DNA of 64,000 nucleotides, from contig CM061249.1 in assembly GCA_022605425.2 (NCBI GenBank), positions 558,001-622,000 on the forward strand, read 5' to 3'. Below, in pieces: positions 61,051 to 64,000 of this stretch. Made by a program: the position numbers and the translations under genes. Each line of letters starts with the position of its first letter. Position 1 is the first letter of the stretch. Origin of the DNA: Hamiltosporidium tvaerminnensis FI-OER-3-3 (Eukaryota; Fungi; Microsporidia). Below the pieces are notes generated by a model that saw only the letters and a program-made list of their open reading frames with translations, ran no database searches and had not been told where the DNA came from.

Positions 61051-63514
61051 ATTAAATCTTGGTTTATTTATAAGCAGGTTTTCTATTTAAAATGTCTGTA
61101 TAATATATATTTTTTTTATCAAAGTTTTATTTTAAAATAGAAGTTAAATCTATCATATTTAAAATATATTTTACTTTTTACGTTTTTTCTATCGAAATAG
61201 TATTGTGTGATTGATCGCTTTTGTTTTTTTGCAATTTTTTCTAACTATTAAACTTTATTTTTGATATATTTATAATTAAAAACAGGCTTATCTACTTTTA
61301 AACTATGTTGAAACAACTGATAATTATGGTTTTAATCTTTTTTTAACCTTTCAAAAGCACGGATTATTGTCATTTGATAAATAATAAGATTAAAAAACGT
61401 CTCTAGCAAAAATTAGTTTTTCGACTGGTTTGGTTTATTATTAATTAGATTATTGAAAACTCTTTTAGGCTTAAATGTAAATTCATAGTATACATTCTGA
61501 AAATATACGATATCTAAAATTTCATTCGATGGCAGGAAATTTATTGAATATTTACAGTTTAAAATATATCTAAAAACTATATGGTCAATAAAAAATTATA
61601 TATAAATAAAAATTGTAAAAAAAAGACGTCTATTTAACCAGTAGAATTTTCTATCTTTCAATGCAAAACAAGAAAAGCCACTCCCAACTTAAATAAGCGG
61701 AAAGGCTCAATTAAAAGCCAAAGTTGTTAAAATATGCAAAGGTGGCTTTTTTCCGCTTTCAAGACCTATATTTGTGTCGTTATACGATGTCTAAATTCTA
61801 AAAACTAAAAATTCTCGGTAGATAGGAAGATGAAGCATTATCAAATTTATAGGTGTGAAATATTTGGGCCACATACGAAGCCTTTACTGATATTTTTGAT
61901 GTAAAAATATGATTTCAAAGAATTCTCGAAAGATTGACTCTACACTCAAAAATTTTCTAAAAATTTCCTTTTTTGGCTTTATTATATACGTATTTTAATC
62001 TTAAATCGTAAGATAGTCAAGCAACGGCGCTGAAAAAGAAAATAGAGCAACATAAAATTGCTTTATTTATCAATTATTCATACTCAATTATATATTTCGA
62101 ATCGCAAATTTAAATATAAAAAACTATCAGACTAAAATAAAAGATTCCGAGAAGTAAATTAAAATTATAAGAAGCTTCGATTGAAATTGCCGATCAATTG
62201 TTGTATTAGTTATTTCTGGATCTCACTCGTCGTATATTCAGTTATTATGCCGGTTTTAATATCTTTTAGCAATTGTAACAAAATTTTGGCTCAAAATTTA
62301 CTCTGGTTTATAAAACAAAATAAAACATAAGATAAATCAAATTAGCTTTTAAAGTCAGAAAAGTTTATAAACTAGTAATTGTATTCTTACATACATGAAA
62401 TATCATCTTTAAAAGATGTGTGAACAAGATATACTCATCCAACAAAATAAAACAATCTAATGTTCTAGAGGAAATCATCTAACGAATTGCTTTACTTAAT
62501 TGTTTTAGATAAAAATTTTGAAATGATATTAGAAACATATTCCATTCCCAGAGGCACAAGGTGAGTAAAAGAACAATCGGAGTTAAACTATGAGAAGGTA
62601 TTATAGCATGCAAACTGAACTTATTGAAACCGATTATAAAAATAAGCATTATAGAAATGTGTGTTTCATCTAGAAGTAGACAACACACAATGAAACGATG
62701 CATATTTGAAATATCTGCTATGTATAAGTATGATACTTATACATTCATATTCACTTATAAATATTAAAAAAAACCCATGGGCTTCTTGATCCATCTAGCT
62801 TTAAATTTATGATTTTACATTTCTTTTGAAATAAGTATAATTTGTCAGAAGGATCTTCTTGATATTCTAAAAATCAGCAGTTTAGAAATTACACCACTAG
62901 ACGATTGATTATCTAAGGCCCAGACATTTCCAAAAAAAAGCATATAATCGATAATTTCGATATGAATCAATAGCTGCATGCCGAACGTGTAACATTGATT
63001 CCAAAAATGTGATATATTGTTAAATACAAATTAAAAACAAGTTTCTCTTGCCGAAATTCAACTCATTGTCATGAGAGATATAAAAAATATTAAAAAAAAG
63101 GCTCTAATGAATTACCGATGCCCAAAAAGAAGCAAACTTTCTTTTGATGATTTAAGCTTATGTAACTGAGCCCAAGACCTTTTATATTGCGAATAATCCA
63201 TAATGTATTTTAATCATATGTTTTTGAAACATATATCACGATAATCGAATTGGCGAGATAAAATTAAAAATGCTTACAGTGAAATCCTGGATAATCCCGC
63301 TGTAAAAAAATTCAAGAGGAACCGCGATGAAATAAAGATTTTGTATTTTTTACTTGAATTGCATAGGATCCTTCAATCCCTCTGTTTTAAAAAAAAATTA
63401 TAATGAAGCAATACTTAACAAAAACTGTGTCGCAATCATTTGTAATTTTTTATGTCTTCAGTTTTCAGATGCACTTCTTTACATAAATTGTATCTAGCTA
63501 GACTTTATTTAAAC

Positions 63515-64000
63515 GTATCACATCTTTTTAAAATAGTAGCAAGTGTTATATTTGTTTTTTTGACATTTTCGCAGTTCTAGGTTTAACATAAATGACTGCT
63601 ACTCCAAAACTCCATCAGTAACCCCTGCGATACCTACGTCACAAAGCCTTTCATCTACCAGGTGTGTAGAACCTAATTAATAGGCGAGGCAGTTGCCCGG
63701 AGTTCGTTAATGTCCGTTGCATGGAGTGTGATCGAAGGCCGAAGCCCCCCCTGGGCTCCCCCAAGACTATGCAGCATTCCCACTAACTCTACACTTTCTG
63801 AACCCAATAAACTTCTAGCTAAGATATATTTCAGAGATTTATATAGGGTCCACCTAGACAGTGCAATGTCATACCAACAGGTATAACCTGCTACTTAGCT
63901 TTCCTGGCTTTAAATGGTTTTTTGTTTTGTATCTCCCAGGCGCTAAGTCTTCTAACCCGAGTGAGCAGGGCTAGGTTTCCATGCTTTTACATGGCAATTA
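63515..64000 (-). ncRNA. Family A structured RNA-like repeat, copy A8 (best-paired copy; 5' part beyond the window)
   Basis: Reverse complement folds into CCAUGU/GCAUGG, CUAGCCC/GGGUUAG, ACUUAGC/GCUAAGU, CCUGG/CCAGG, AGCAGGU/ACCUGUU, GACA/UGUC, UGGGUUC/GAGCCCA, GUGUAG/CUGCAU, GGGGC-UUCG-GCCUU, ACUCCAU/AUGGAGU, CGG-GCAA-CUG, GCCUA/UAGGU and UUGUGA-CGUAGGUA-UCGCAG. Confidence 0.85.

Noticed and set aside
63275-63300. TA-CAGTGAAATCCTGGATAATCC as a pogo/Tc1-like terminus
   Set aside because: No matching opposite TIR or transposase found in the window.

Overview
Very AT-rich, gene-sparse eukaryotic DNA. It is most consistent with a large-genome microsporidian: compact intronless genes, CCC motifs just upstream of several ATGs, and a minimal eIF2-alpha kinase. 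Recognisable genes are an M16A insulinase, elongin C, an eIF2-alpha-type kinase, diphosphomevalonate decarboxylase, a haspin kinase, an ABCG half-transporter and tRNA-Thr(AGU). There is also a 3-4 member lineage-specific multi-pass membrane family (one copy has a nonsense mutation), a putative secreted helical protein and one small hypothetical protein. Intergenic DNA holds decayed transposons (hAT/GTF2IRD2-type, KRBA2-like integrase, LINE RT and LTR-like remnants), three RTE-derived ~235-bp retroposons, one tRNA-derived SINE, and a block of 40-80 bp tandem duplications at 18-26 kb. The most striking signal is a dispersed non-coding ~700-bp repeat ('family A'): 7 full-length or near-full-length copies, one cut by the window end, and one 5' fragment, in both orientations. 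Its copies have diverged in sequence but keep many helices through compensatory changes and strand-specific G-U pairs. They also show a cUUCGg tetraloop, a candidate long-range pseudoknot and a 5'/3' closing helix. From memory, the motif order resembles the bacterial/phage large ornate RNA ROOL, so this may be a multi-copy, apparently mobile, ROOL-like RNA in a eukaryote. That identification is unverified and needs a covariance-model search. All alignments and folds were done by eye, and repeat boundaries are approximate.
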